Positions 63,311 to 64,000 of a DNA stretch of 64,000 nucleotides are shown here, piece by piece (the first letter of the stretch is position 1; the number at the start of each line of letters is the position of its first letter). The notes under the pieces are model-generated. The model was not told where the DNA came from. It saw only the letters and a program-made list of their open reading frames with translations, and searched no databases. A program made the position numbers and the translations under genes. Source of the stretch: Marsupella aquatica (Eukaryota > Plantae > Marchantiophyta). The stretch lies in NCBI GenBank assembly GCA_973895155.1, contig OZ316891.1:8805875-8869874 (forward strand). Direction: 5' to 3'.

Positions 63311-64000
63311 AGCACAACTGGTTTAGACCCCGTTTAGACCATTTGCTGCAAGGTACAAACAAAAGAGACTCTGTTGAGGCAAAGAGCGGGTGGGGCCAAA
63401 GGGATAGTGGAGGGAAACGACACGGGAGGAGACTGACAAGGGCCAATTGAGGTAAACGAGACACGTTAAACAGAAAAATTTCAAACTTAATCCCGGTCAA
63501 ACCCTAAACGTGAGTCCCCATAAAACCAGATCATTCTCAAATTCTTGCCATGTTAACATATTAGAAAAATTAGGAAAATATATTGGGAATGTTATGTGTG
63601 CCATGTGTACCAATGACATAGTGACACGTGTACTTTACATAGTCCGACACAAAGACCCCCTAACTTCTTTGTATGCCTTCCATCTACAAAGTCAAAAATA
63701 TTAATATCCCTATTATTCTTACAAGTTGTCCAACATATAAAGTTGGCCCTATTGTTCTTACACAAATCTTCTTAAGTCTTCCGAGAAACCCAATTAACGG
63801 ACCCTATACTTCGTCGCACATGATATGAGATTTTCGCGGAGTGAGACCCCCGAGACAATTCCCTTGAGTCATCACCAAGGCAGGGGTTTGAAGATGTTGA
63901 TACAGCTTTGAGGTCAAACCCAAACCTAGTAGCAGTGATTACGTCCTCTACTCAGACTCCCAGGAATGCTACTATCAAGAAGAAGTATCCCAAGCTTCCC

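Noticed and set aside
54260-63665. Candidate TIRs for the P-like element (gtgtcac and acatggcac words at ~54270-54360 versus ~63595-63635)
   Set aside because: Only short scattered inverted matches and no TSD; insufficient to call termini.
63890-64000. Open frame running off the window edge (DVDTALRSNPNLVAVIT...)
   Set aside because: Too short and truncated to identify.

Overview
Eukaryotic, intron-containing plant DNA, probably a bryophyte such as a liverwort (inferred from gene and TE style, not proven). It contains three host genes: a two-exon dehydrin/LEA-like gene (+, 12909-14440), a large multi-exon CENP-E-like kinesin-7 (-, 15513-28523) and a four-exon COMT-type O-methyltransferase (-, 44638-47164). 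Most of the remainder is transposon-derived: a Harbinger-type Myb/SANT fragment, L1-like LINE remnants, a decayed CRE-clade non-LTR retrotransposon, two inverted Helitron-like 3' ends, a calmodulin-like EF-hand fragment, and a full-length Ty1/copia element (33427-42149, TSD CTTGT) whose integrase is split by a 2.1-kb AGT...ACT insert carrying a 161-bp tandem array. The most notable region is 54.5-63.5 kb. It holds an intact, spliced ~1490-aa P-element/THAP9-like DDE transposase co-oriented with two stand-alone histone-reader ORFs (an EDM2-type PHD module and an ING-like PHD). A 59-nt mascRNA-like tRNA mimic lies just downstream of the transposase stop, and a MYB exon fragment and a complex repeat array lie upstream. 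All family assignments were made by eye from motifs; no database searches were run.
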